Origin: Thermodesulfobacteriota bacterium
GTDB lineage: Bacteria > Desulfobacterota_D > UBA1144 > Nemesobacterales > Nemesobacteraceae
Direction of reading: 5' to 3'
Assembly (NCBI GenBank): GCA_965202785.1
Contig: OZ241855.1
Span: forward strand, 123,660 to 187,659
Length of the DNA: 64,000 nt
Shown: piece by piece, positions 11,811 through 22,685 of the stretch
Layout: the number at the start of each line of letters is the position of its first letter
Numbering within the stretch: the first letter of the stretch is position 1
Position numbers and translations under genes: made by a program
Notes under the pieces: generated by a model
The model's input: the letters and a program-made list of their open reading frames with translations, nothing else
What the model was told of the DNA's origin: nothing
The model's database searches: none

Positions 11811-12830
11811 CTATACGAACTGCCTCAAAAACCTTACGTCGTTCTCAAAGAAAAGCCTTATGTCGTTTATTCCGTACTTAAGCATGGCGATTCTCTCAAC
11901 TCCCATGCCGAAGGCGAAACCCGAATAGATGTCAGTGTTGTAGTTAACGCTTGAGAAAACCGCGGGATCGACCATTCCGCATCCCATTATTTCAAGCCAG
12001 CCGGTACCCTTGCATACCCTGCATCCGTTGCCGGAGCATATCTGACACTCTATGTCCACCTCGGCGCTGGGCTCGGTGAAGGGAAAGAAACTCGGGCGGA
12101 ACCTTACGTTCGTATTGTCGCCGAAAGTGAGTTTCACGAACTGGATTATGACGGATTTCAGGTTTCCGAAGGTTATGCCCCTGTCAACGAGAAGACCCTC
12201 TATCTGGTGGAACATAGGGGTGTGGGAAACGTCGCTGTCGCACCGGTAAACCTTTCCGGGAGCTATGATCTTCACCGGAGGCTGCTGGGTCTGCATGATC
12301 CGTATCTGCACCGGCGAGGTGTGGGTTCTTAAGACCATGTCGTCTGTTATGTAGAAAGTATCCTGCATGTCCCTTGCGGGGTGGTTCTTCGGTATGTTAA
12401 GCGCCTCGAAATTGTAGTAGTCAAGCTCGACCTCGGGACCCTCGGCGACCTCGAATCCCATCCTCTCAAAATCATAGACGATGCGCTCCATAACCTGGGT
12501 TATGGGATGCTTGGCCCCGACCGGCATTCCCCGGCCCGGAAGAGTGAAGTCGGTTGCCTCCTCAAGGAGCTTTTCATTCATTGCTCTGCGCTTTATCTCG
12601 TCTGATTTTCTCTCGATCAGTTCCTCGATTTCCCCTTTGGTTCCGTTTATGAGAATGCCCGCCTCCCGGCGCTCGGAAGCGGGAAGGTCCTTCATGGATT
12701 TAAGAAGCTGCGTGAGGGACCCTTTCTTCCCGACGTAGCTTGCCTTAACCCTGACGAGATCGGCCTCCGTAGAGACCCCCTCAAGGTCAGAATCTATCTG
12801 GTTTCTTATCTGCTCAAGCGCTTCCTGCAT
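11811..12830 (-). CDS. pheS: phenylalanine--tRNA ligase alpha subunit
   Basis: 339 aa with class II motifs (HPARDMQDTFY, FRPSFFPFTEPSAEVD, GFAFGMGVERIAMLKYGI). pheT is not adjacent. Confidence 0.95.
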   Translation of the reverse strand: MQEALEQIRNQIDSDLEGVSTEADLVRVKASYVGKKGSLTQLLKSMKDLPASERREAGILINGTKGEIEELIERKSDEIKRRAMNEKLLEEATDFTLPGRGMPVGAKHPITQVMERIVYDFERMGFEVAEGPEVELDYYNFEALNIPKNHPARDMQDTFYITDDMVLRTHTSPVQIRIMQTQQPPVKIIAPGKVYRCDSDVSHTPMFHQIEGLLVDRGITFGNLKSVIIQFVKLTFGDNTNVRFRPSFFPFTEPSAEVDIECQICSGNGCRVCKGTGWLEIMGCGMVDPAVFSSVNYNTDIYSGFAFGMGVERIAMLKYGINDIRLFFENDVRFLRQFV

Positions 12831-12945
12831 AATGTGAACGAGTTATGTGTTTTAAGAAACAAAACGGGAAATATTTAACCGTTATGAGATCGATTATCAA
12901 AGCGCGGAACCGGCTTTCGACGGGGCATCCGCCAAAGCGCGGCTT

Positions 12946-13857
12946 CTATATGGTCTCCTTTCTTTTTCTCCAGTAGACCACGAAGGCGCTCGCCACGAAG
13001 ATCGACGAGTAGGTTCCTATAACGACCCCTACCATAAGGGTAAACGCGAAATCGTGTATTACCGAGCCGCCAAGGAAAAAGAGCGGCAGGAGCACTATGA
13101 ACACCGTTATGGCCGTGAGCAATGTACGGGAGAGCGTCTGGCTTATTCCGTCGTTAACAAGCTCCCTGAAGCCTTTTTCGGGGAAATTCCCCATGTTCTC
13201 CCTTATCCTGTCGAATATGACGATCGTGTCGTTAACCGAATAACCTATCACGGTCAGAAGCGCGGCCACGATCGCAAGGGTGAACTCCTTGTCCGCGAGC
13301 GATATGGCCCCGACGGTTATAAGGGTATCGTGAATAAGGGCGATAACCGCCCCCACGGCAAAACCGAATTCAAACCTGAATACCAGGTAGGCAAGTATGC
13401 CGACGCACGCGATCAGTATGGATAAAAGGGCCTTGGTTATGAGTTCCTTCCCCACCCTGGGACCTATGTAGTCTATTCTCTGGATGGAGGCTCCCTCAAA
13501 ATTTTCTGACGTGGCGAACAGGTCCTCCAGCTTTTTCTGGAAATCACCTATCTGGTCAAAGGTCGCGAGTTCCGGCGCAAACTGTATCAGGTGCTCGTTG
13601 TCGCCCGGAAGGCCGAAGCGCTGAACCGATTCCGAGGGAAAGCCGTTCTCGGCAAGCGCGCCTTTTAGAACTTCGGTCTCAAGGCTCTTTGCGAGCTTTA
13701 TATGTATCTCCGTTCCGCCCGTGAACTCCACTCCCCAGTTAGGCCCCTGGTGGTACAGAAGGGAAGCGATGGAAATAACCGCAAGCGCGATGGAAATACG
13801 CATCGCGCCCCCCATCTTGTCCACAAAATCGTAACTCAGTTTTCCTATAATTCGCAC
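12946..13857 (-). CDS. secF: protein translocase subunit SecF
   Basis: Membrane protein with a SecD/SecF C-terminal domain (VNDTIVIFDRIREN), directly downstream of secD. Confidence 0.9.
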   Translation of the reverse strand: MRIIGKLSYDFVDKMGGAMRISIALAVISIASLLYHQGPNWGVEFTGGTEIHIKLAKSLETEVLKGALAENGFPSESVQRFGLPGDNEHLIQFAPELATFDQIGDFQKKLEDLFATSENFEGASIQRIDYIGPRVGKELITKALLSILIACVGILAYLVFRFEFGFAVGAVIALIHDTLITVGAISLADKEFTLAIVAALLTVIGYSVNDTIVIFDRIRENMGNFPEKGFRELVNDGISQTLSRTLLTAITVFIVLLPLFFLGGSVIHDFAFTLMVGVVIGTYSSIFVASAFVVYWRKRKETI

Positions 13858-13867
13858 TCGCGCACCC

Positions 13868-15469
13868 TCAGATACTTACTTCCGTTAGGTTCTTGTCCCT
13901 GTAAAGCATGTTCGTAAAGAGTCTCGCCACAATCAGGTTGCTGAAAACGGTCGACACTATTCCGATTGAAAGCGTTGCCGCAAAACCCTTCACGGGGCCG
14001 GTGCCCAGCCAGAAAAGTATAAGCGCAGTAAGAAGCGTCGTGACGTTCGCGTCAAGTATGGTCCAGACGGATCTCGCGTATCCCGTTTCAATCGAGTGAA
14101 CCGCGGTCTTGCCCGCCATGAGTTCCTCTTTTATCCTCTCGAATATGATGATGTTTCCGTCAACCGCCATGCCGAGCGTCAAAACGAGCCCGGCTATGCC
14201 GGGAAGCGTAAGCGTGACGCCGAAAGCGGAGAGAAAGCCCATTATGAAAAGTATGTTGAGCACAAGCGCGGCATTCGCTATAACGCCCTGGCGCCTGTAG
14301 AAAAAGACCATGAACGCCAGAACAAGTATGCCGCCGACGATCATGGAGAATCTCCCCTTCTCTATCGAGTCCTGCCCCAGGGAAGGACCCACGGTCCTTT
14401 CCTGCTCAACCCTCACGGGAACCGGAAGGGAGCCTGATCTCAGGATAAGCGCGAGGTCTTTTGCCTCCTCCGTGGTGAAAGTGCCGGTTATCGTGCCCTG
14501 GTAGGTTATCTTGTCCTGAATTGTGGGCGCTGACTTTATCACGCCGTCAAGAACTATCGCCAGACGTTCGCCGATGTTAGCCTCGGTAAGCTTTCCGAAC
14601 TTGCTCGCGCCCTCTCCCCTGAACGTGAATCCGACCGCCGGGTTTCCGTAATTGTCAAACGTTATCCGAGCATCCGAGATATATTCCCCCGTCACGCTCG
14701 CAAGCTTCTCGGTCAGAAAGAACTTCTCGTTCTCGTTCCCGGTGTCTCCTTCGTGTATGGCAAAGCCTTTTTTCGCAAGTTGCCTCTCGGTCCCGGCTTC
14801 GGCGGCAGCAAGCAGGTTCTCATGCGTCGCCCCGACGGCCCTTACGATCTTGAATTCCAAAACGGCCGTCTTTTTGATCAGGTTGACTATTCTCTGTCTG
14901 TCTTTTTTGGAAGCGCCCGGCACCTGCACCAGGATCCTGTCGTCGCCTGATTTCTGTATGCTCGGCTCGACGAGGCCGAAATCCTTAACGCGGTTTTCTA
15001 TTATGTGGCGGACTCTCTCTATGGAGTTTTGCTCAAGCTCGTCCACGTAGGACGATTTTATCGAGAGTGTGACCAGGAAGCCGTCGGAATCTATATCCGC
15101 CACCTTTTCAAACTCGTCGCGCGCGATCTCAAGCGCCTTGTCCATATTCGCGCCCGGGAAAAGACCGATCGTGAGGGTTCCGTCCGAAACAGAGGAGCTC
15201 TTGACGAGAATCCTCCCCTCCCTGAATTTCGATACCAGGGCCTCCTCGACTATGAGCATTTCCTGCTCCACGCCCTCTTCGGTCTCTACTCCCAGGAGAA
15301 GGAATATCCCTCCCTCAAGATCAAGCCCGAGGCTTATCCCCTTGCTTGAGAAAACCTTCCCCCACCACGAGGGAAGCTTGTCGCCCATGAAGGTAGGCGT
15401 AAGGAGTATTGCGCAGAGAAAAGAGAAAAGAACGATAACGGTAATCCAAAGACGGGACACGCCTTTCAT
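13868..15469 (-). CDS. secD: protein translocase subunit SecD
   Basis: 533 aa with a large periplasmic loop and the conserved C-terminal TM bundle (GIAGLVLTLGMAVDGNIIIFERIKEE). Confidence 0.9.
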   Translation of the reverse strand: MKGVSRLWITVIVLFSFLCAILLTPTFMGDKLPSWWGKVFSSKGISLGLDLEGGIFLLLGVETEEGVEQEMLIVEEALVSKFREGRILVKSSSVSDGTLTIGLFPGANMDKALEIARDEFEKVADIDSDGFLVTLSIKSSYVDELEQNSIERVRHIIENRVKDFGLVEPSIQKSGDDRILVQVPGASKKDRQRIVNLIKKTAVLEFKIVRAVGATHENLLAAAEAGTERQLAKKGFAIHEGDTGNENEKFFLTEKLASVTGEYISDARITFDNYGNPAVGFTFRGEGASKFGKLTEANIGERLAIVLDGVIKSAPTIQDKITYQGTITGTFTTEEAKDLALILRSGSLPVPVRVEQERTVGPSLGQDSIEKGRFSMIVGGILVLAFMVFFYRRQGVIANAALVLNILFIMGFLSAFGVTLTLPGIAGLVLTLGMAVDGNIIIFERIKEELMAGKTAVHSIETGYARSVWTILDANVTTLLTALILFWLGTGPVKGFAATLSIGIVSTVFSNLIVARLFTNMLYRDKNLTEVSI

Positions 15470-15473
15470 CTAA

Positions 15474-15851
15474 TCAGCCGCCCCCTTTGGATTTGCCTTC
15501 AGCGGCCCCGGGATCGGTCTTCTCCGAGATTCCGGAGCGGACCATTTTTATGTTGATGCCCTTGGCTATCTCGACCGTGAGGTCGTCCCCGTCAACGTTT
15601 ATCACCCTGCCGTATATGCCCCCGGTGGTAACAATGCCGTCGCCTCTTTTTACCTCGGCGAGCATCTTCTTGCGCTCACGGCTCTGGCGCTGCTGGGGTC
15701 TTATGATAAGAAAGTAAAAAAGGGCGAATATCAGAACGAACGGGAGTATGGCAGAGAACGGCGTCCCCCCCGATCCTCCCTGCCCGGTCCCGGGAGGCAT
15801 GCATGATAAAAGAAAAAGGGCTGAAGTAGCGACAAAAGCTAATCTTTTCAA
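15474..15851 (-). CDS. yajC: preprotein translocase subunit YajC
   Basis: It has a single TM helix followed by RPQQRQSRERKKMLAEVKRGDGIVTTGGIYGRV. It sits in the classical tgt-yajC-secDF context. Confidence 0.85.
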   Translation of the reverse strand: MKRLAFVATSALFLLSCMPPGTGQGGSGGTPFSAILPFVLIFALFYFLIIRPQQRQSRERKKMLAEVKRGDGIVTTGGIYGRVINVDGDDLTVEIAKGINIKMVRSGISEKTDPGAAEGKSKGGG

Positions 15852-17782
<1,931 letters not shown>

Positions 17783-17783
17783 T

Positions 17784-18257
17784 CTAGCCTCCTCCGTCTC
17801 CGCCTTGCGGCCCGTAACTGCAGTTCTCAATACACTCGTCCTTCATTATCTTCCATTCTTTTTCGGGTATGGAAAGATCGTAGCGGTTCGTGTATCTGGC
17901 CCTCTGACGCTTGTCTTCGTCCGGCTCCCTGTAGTCGACCTCCACTTCCGCAACCACTATGGCCGTGTCCTTGAAAAGCTGGGTCGCCAGGACCCTGTAG
18001 TCAACGATCCTGATGTCGTAGCGCTCGTAAAGAAGCTCGAACCTGCTCACGTAGCCCTCGCGGTCCGAACTGAATATATGAATCTTGTCGTAAGCGGATT
18101 TAAAGTCCCGTTCCTTGAGCGCCTCGAGAAAAGAGCTGACGACGCTGGTGGCTGAGACTCTCGGCTGCGGCCTCCTCTGGTCCGAACCTCGCACAGGAAC
18201 GGCGCAGGAAGCAAAAAGAAGCAGCAATGGCAGAACGAAAAGATAGGATTTTCTCAT
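17784..18257 (-). CDS. lipoprotein of unknown function (NTF2/SnoaL-like fold suspected)
   Basis: Signal peptide plus lipobox: MRKSYLFVLPLLLLFASC. The 5' end and promoter have a diverged paralogous copy at 20597-20713. Confidence 0.6.
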   Translation of the reverse strand: MRKSYLFVLPLLLLFASCAVPVRGSDQRRPQPRVSATSVVSSFLEALKERDFKSAYDKIHIFSSDREGYVSRFELLYERYDIRIVDYRVLATQLFKDTAIVVAEVEVDYREPDEDKRQRARYTNRYDLSIPEKEWKIMKDECIENCSYGPQGGDGGG

Positions 18258-18310
18258 GGAGCGGGAACTGAATATCCTCTGAATAAACTAAGAAGTTAAA
18301 CGAGAAAGAT
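18190..18310. repeat. direct repeat copy A (lipoprotein 5' end plus upstream region)
   Basis: About 80-85% identical by eye to 20597-20713. Weaker similarity continues to about 18355. Confidence 0.7.
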
Positions 18311-18391
18311 GGCGCAGGCAAGTTTCGGCGATACGCGGCGCGGTCTTCTTTGGTTACCAAGGCTATCTTGCGCTAGATGGGGAAGCTGCTT

Positions 18392-18559
18392 TTACCGGGA
18401 AGTGCTCCGGCATTTACGCCGCAACGATCTCGGGGCTGCGGTTACGCGGGGAACCGGGCTTTGGCTTGAACGCGCTCTTTTTCTCGCAAGCACCGCGAAG
18501 ACAACAAGAGTCAGAAGAAACAGGCTGAACGCGGCAAATAGAACTATCGCCTTAAACAT
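18392..18559 (-). CDS. possible 55-aa single-pass membrane protein (below the ORF-track cutoff)
   Basis: Hand-translated: MFKAIVLFAAFSLFLLTLVVFAVLARKRARS.... The ATG is preceded by GGGAGGAGG. It lies 84 nt downstream of the hipA stop. Confidence 0.3.
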   Translation of the reverse strand: MFKAIVLFAAFSLFLLTLVVFAVLARKRARSSQSPVPRVTAAPRSLRRKCRSTSR

Positions 18560-18642
18560 CGCTACCTCCTCCCACGGCTTGCGTCCCGCATTTGACTTGC
18601 GTTCCCTCTCGGATTCCCGCCTGACCGGAATTTTGCTTTAGT

Positions 18643-19914
18643 TTAACTATCGGTTCTAATCCGAAAATCCGCAGACAGCATCTTCCAGTGTTCTTTCAGC
18701 TGTTCTTTGTGAGTATGGTATGCGGGCAGGTCCTCCAGGGATTTTGGCCACAGGGTACGCGCTTTCTCAAGCGTGTCGTCAAGGTGAGGCTTAATGGCTT
18801 TCCATGGAATACCGGCTTTGTCCGCCCAATTTTTAAAATGACTGAAAGTCGCTTTATACCAGTCCTTGTTTTTGCTTAAATTTAACGCGTATTCCCTTTC
18901 TTCATCCATATAAACGCGGGTAACCACGATATCATAGGCGGGAGAGAGCTCCGGTGTGACTGTGTCGGGATAGACCAGGGACCAGTTTTTCAGATGAGCG
19001 TCACCGTTGGCCAGAAGAATGTTAACCAGCAGCCGTCGGGCGAACTGCTGGGTGTCTCCGAGGCCGTTGCCTGTGTACTGGTAAATGATCTTGCCTATCT
19101 GTTCGTAGTTCGGACCATCATACTTTTGCTGCGGGTACTTTACCAGGATCTGAGCGAAGTCTTCTGAGTGAACGCGTTTCCCGCCCGAACGGTCAAACCG
19201 CCGTATCGCAAAGGCGAATTCTTCGTCGGGGAGACTGATAACGGGGAGTTTATCCAGGGAATCCATTTCAACCAGCTTTATGTCCGGTATATCGATGCCC
19301 GCTGTCTGCGCAAGCCGCATGGCGGTGAACTCGTTTAAGGGAACAAGCTTGTGCACGGTGGACGGAGTTTTAATGATCCAGTCCCCGAGATCTCCGGATT
19401 CAGCGGTCCGGTAGCGTCCATCCCGTTCCCGCATCGAGAATTTCATTTGCACGCCGGCCAGAGAGAATTGGGCTGGATTATCTTTTACTTCGGTTTTGGT
19501 GGCTTTTGTCCAAGGGTCCAATACGTAGCCGGGAACGTCATCAGGCTCTGCGGCGGTAACGATCAGGGCTCCGGGCAGATCCTGTCCAAGGCGAGCTAGC
19601 AGGTTGAATTCGTTATCAGTATGGATTTTCAGATACTGTGCCAGCAATTCCCTTAACGCTCCCTCCGGCAGCAGGTTGGAGAGTACCGGATGCAGGCGTT
19701 GTCTCCTTGACCATGGCTTTGCAAGCACGTTTTTGACGTTGGGGAATTCGGGGTGCGTCGTCAGGGTGAAAGTCGGCCGTGAACTGTTCTCCGTAAACTC
19801 GGGGGCGAATGCAAGGATATTTCGACCATCACTGTAGCCTGTCAGATATCCGACCTTCGTGCCGTGCAGCGTGAGCTCTAAGACGTTGACTTCTTCCGCG
19901 CCGCTCATTGTCAT
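18643..19914 (-). CDS. hipA: type II toxin HipA-family serine/threonine kinase
   Basis: 423 aa with a HipA_N coupling region (VGYL...ILAFAPEF) and kinase-core motifs (FSLAGVQMKFS, NGDAHLKNWSL). Confidence 0.9.
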   Translation of the reverse strand: MTMSGAEEVNVLELTLHGTKVGYLTGYSDGRNILAFAPEFTENSSRPTFTLTTHPEFPNVKNVLAKPWSRRQRLHPVLSNLLPEGALRELLAQYLKIHTDNEFNLLARLGQDLPGALIVTAAEPDDVPGYVLDPWTKATKTEVKDNPAQFSLAGVQMKFSMRERDGRYRTAESGDLGDWIIKTPSTVHKLVPLNEFTAMRLAQTAGIDIPDIKLVEMDSLDKLPVISLPDEEFAFAIRRFDRSGGKRVHSEDFAQILVKYPQQKYDGPNYEQIGKIIYQYTGNGLGDTQQFARRLLVNILLANGDAHLKNWSLVYPDTVTPELSPAYDIVVTRVYMDEEREYALNLSKNKDWYKATFSHFKNWADKAGIPWKAIKPHLDDTLEKARTLWPKSLEDLPAYHTHKEQLKEHWKMLSADFRIRTDS

Positions 19915-20234
19915 TCCTCAAGTAATCCTTTCCAGGGATCATCAGAAGCCTGCGGTTCCTTCACTGCAAGGTCGGCATTGAATTTAACGCCGGAACCTAT
20001 ATCGGTTTTTCCTTCCAGTATGTCGCGGACCATGCGCAGTTTTTCCTGCGGGATAAGCAGAACCTCCATCCTGAGCCCCTTGGCAACCAGTTCAAGGGTG
20101 TCCAGGCGGGGATTGCCCCTTGACTCCAGCCTCTGATACTGCTGTCTTGACATGCCGAAGCGCAACATCATATCTTCTTGTTTCAGGTTGAGGTCTTTTC
20201 TGCGACTTTTAATTTGATTGAGTATTCTGCTCAT
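19911..20234 (-). CDS. hipB: HipB-like XRE-family HTH antitoxin
   Basis: HTH segment LKQEDMMLRFGMSRQQYQRLESG-type and an ATGA 4-bp overlap with hipA. Confidence 0.8.
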   Translation of the reverse strand: MSRILNQIKSRRKDLNLKQEDMMLRFGMSRQQYQRLESRGNPRLDTLELVAKGLRMEVLLIPQEKLRMVRDILEGKTDIGSGVKFNADLAVKEPQASDDPWKGLLEE

Positions 20235-20253
20235 TCCAGTTTTTTCTCCAGAT

Positions 20254-20269
20254 TATCTTTGCAGATAAA
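20254..20269. promoter_or_regulatory. palindrome TTATC-N6-GATAA just upstream of the hipB start (candidate HipB operator)
   Basis: A perfect 5+5 inverted repeat read from the sequence, about 20 nt upstream of the hipB ATG in an AT-rich promoter region. Confidence 0.3.
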
Positions 20270-20311
20270 GAGGCTGCTTTTAACAGTTATAGCAATATAT
20301 TAATTTCTTTT

Positions 20312-20461
20312 TTAATTAATTGCAATAAACAAACTGTTTTTATTTAAAAAAGAATTGCATATGTTTCCTTTTTGGTTGGAGCAAGATTGATTTCCAACTA
20401 TTTTACTGTGTGCGGATGTTTCATCGCATGACGTCTCAATCCCCAGAATGAGATGAGACAT
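20312..20461 (-). pseudogene. tsaD: 5' remnant of tsaD (tRNA t6A37 threonylcarbamoyltransferase). Only the first ~17 codons are homologous.
   Basis: Hand translation gives MSHLILGIETSCDETSA, which is the invariant TsaD/Kae1 N-terminus. Homology is lost near 20408 as the sequence runs into the AT-rich hipB promoter region. Confidence 0.55.
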
Positions 20462-20526
20462 AAACCGAACCTTTAAGTGAACTGGATAATTACTTTGCCT
20501 AGGTGTCCGATTTAGCGAAGGGTGCG

Positions 20527-20661
20527 CTAAAGTAGGGGTGTTTGCGCTTTTTGGGGTTTGGTTTCCGCAGCGAAAGCGGGGGAACTGTGACTTCCGCGCA
20601 CAGGAATGGCGCAGGAGACAAGAAGCAGCAATGGCAGAATGAGAAGATAAGCTTTTCTCAT
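20527..20661 (-). pseudogene. truncated paralog (44 codons) of the lipoprotein gene at 17784-18257, with only the signal peptide and lipobox retained
   Basis: MRKAYLLILPLLLLVSCAIPVRGS... here versus MRKSYLFVLPLLLLFASCAVPVRGS in the full gene. It sits inside direct-repeat copy B. Confidence 0.45.
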
Positions 20662-20713
20662 GGAGCGGAAATTGGGGGTCCTCTGAATGATCTAAGAAGC
20701 TAAATGAGAAAAA
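20597..20713. repeat. direct repeat copy B
   Basis: Same orientation as copy A. The two copies bracket hipBA, the small TM ORF, the tsaD remnant and the truncated lipoprotein. Confidence 0.7.
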
Positions 20714-20838
20714 TGAAGTTCCGGGAACATGCAACGCGGTTTTCTTTCCTCACATGGCGGCGGTTGCGAATTGGAACCCGTTGCGGGTATCCTGCTTGGG
20801 AAAAAAGAAAACAGATACAGAGAAAAGAGAAAACTATC

Positions 20839-21711
20839 ATGAAAAGCATGACGGGTTTCGCGGAATCATCCGTAAACACGGAAATCGGAAAGATCATGGT
20901 GGACATGCGGTCGGAGAACCACAGGTTCCTTGATGTTAAGGCCAGCGTTCCCGAATCGTTAGTCCACATGGAAACCGCCATTGAAGACAGGCTGAAGAAC
21001 TCTATTCAGAGGGGAAAGCTTCGCCTCAGGCTTTCCCTGCAGGCAAACAGAAAGGAAAGACAGCGGTTATCCGAAAAGGTTCTCCGGGAAAACCACAGCT
21101 CCCTTAAAAGAATCAATTCCGCCCTGGGACTTAAAGCGGAGATAGGGATTGAGCACCTGCTCATGATGGAGAACTCCTTTGAAAGTCACACCGGACCAGA
21201 GGTCTCAAGGCAGACGGAAGCCAGGATCAAGGAAGCGGTCGCAAAAGTGCTGGTAAAGTTCAACAGAAGCCGGGAGGTCGAGGGGCAGAAACTTGAAAAG
21301 GCAATACTCGGGCGGCTTGAGATCATAAAAAAGACGGTTGACGGCGTAAAGAAGAAAAGAAAGGAATTCATAAAGAAATCCGATAAGAAAACAAAAGAGA
21401 AAATCGAGAAGATCTTCTCCTCAAAGCACAAAGACGACCCTATCCTCTCACAGGAAGCCGCGGCAATAATCACGGAGAAAAGCGAAATTGACGAGGAAAT
21501 CGTGAGGCTAGAGGCTCATATCTCGAAGTTCAGGAAAACCGCCAAGAAAAAGGGGCCAGTAGGGAAAGAGCTTGACTTTCTGGTTCAGGAAATGAACAGG
21601 GAGGCGGGAACGATATCAGCAAAATGCAAGGACGCGGGGATCTCGCACCTTACCATAGGCATACGCCTTGAACTCGAGAAAATACGGGAACAGATTCAGA
21701 ATATAGAGTAG
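20839..21711 (+). CDS. yicC: YicC-family stress-induced protein
   Basis: MKSMTGFAES...ENHRFLDVK N-terminus and C-terminal KELDFLVQEMNREAGTISAK (YicC_N/DUF1732). The ATG at 20839 is preferred over the annotated 20704. Confidence 0.85.
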   Translation: MKSMTGFAESSVNTEIGKIMVDMRSENHRFLDVKASVPESLVHMETAIEDRLKNSIQRGKLRLRLSLQANRKERQRLSEKVLRENHSSLKRINSALGLKAEIGIEHLLMMENSFESHTGPEVSRQTEARIKEAVAKVLVKFNRSREVEGQKLEKAILGRLEIIKKTVDGVKKKRKEFIKKSDKKTKEKIEKIFSSKHKDDPILSQEAAAIITEKSEIDEEIVRLEAHISKFRKTAKKKGPVGKELDFLVQEMNREAGTISAKCKDAGISHLTIGIRLELEKIREQIQNIE

Positions 21712-21785
21712 AGTCACGCCCGGACCTGCTGTCACGGGGCGCAGCACAGGCGCCGGCCGGTAAAGCCCGGAGACCGGTTTGCCCG

Positions 21786-22286
21786 CTACTTCTCATAAAC
21801 GCTCACCACCGGTCGGATTTTCGTTTTCCGAAGAGCCTGACGCGCAAGCTTCGTTCGCAGGTAAGCGGCGGAAGTGTCCTCTCCTTTTCTTATGGCTTCC
21901 CGACGTTCTTTCTCCTGGACCAGAGCGCATTCCCTGCATCGACTGCAAAGACCGACAGACCTGCAGGGGTCGGAATGGAATTCCGACACGGGAAGTTTTC
22001 GCCAGCACCAGGAACAAACGTGATGACCGCTGGCCTTGCGGGGATACTTGCGTCTCTCCCGCCGGTTCCTTTTTTTCGACCACCTGTTGTTAGACAGCGA
22101 CGCCGCCTGGGGATTCAAGTTGATCTGCCTCCCCTCAATATATCTGTTTATCGGTTTTTCAAGCTGCATGATCTGCTCTTTTTCTTCCCGGTCGGCAGCC
22201 CCCTGCTCGCGACAGTGCGAGAGGATCTCCACAGTCGGCTTCATTATCAGAAGCTTGCTGTGTAAAATCGAGTTGCATGGGCTCAA
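21786..22286 (-). CDS. hypothetical basic Cys-rich (zinc-ribbon-like) protein
   Basis: Contains HHVCSWCWRK...CRSVGLCSRCREC. I recognise no family, and overlapping ORFs exist on the other strand. Confidence 0.3.
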   Translation of the reverse strand: MSPCNSILHSKLLIMKPTVEILSHCREQGAADREEKEQIMQLEKPINRYIEGRQINLNPQAASLSNNRWSKKRNRRERRKYPRKASGHHVCSWCWRKLPVSEFHSDPCRSVGLCSRCRECALVQEKERREAIRKGEDTSAAYLRTKLARQALRKTKIRPVVSVYEK

Positions 22287-22685
22287 TCTGCGGTGCTGCG
22301 AGAGCCGGAAGGAAATCGGTTTTCTTGTTTGACCAACGTAAGCTGACCCATCAGGAAAGCTGATTTTATATACCTTTATAATTGGTTCGTCCTTTCCGTG
22401 CGGTGGATTGCCGGAGACGCATATTATTCCAATTTATAAAGTAATTTCAATATGATACGAAACAGTCAGTCCTAGAAATTGCCGGTCGATCCACCGTCCT
22501 GGACCCAGCGGGAATTCTTTGGGGACCGCCGCGGGCAGATTTCACGAGAGAGTGTTTCGGGACTGTGAAAAATCCTTCGCCGTCCCTATAAACCCGGGAC
22601 AGAAGACTTTGAAAAAACGAACCGGGCATGTTATAGTACGCCCTCATTTGAAAAACGATGAAGCCCTCCAGGGAGAACCGGGAAA

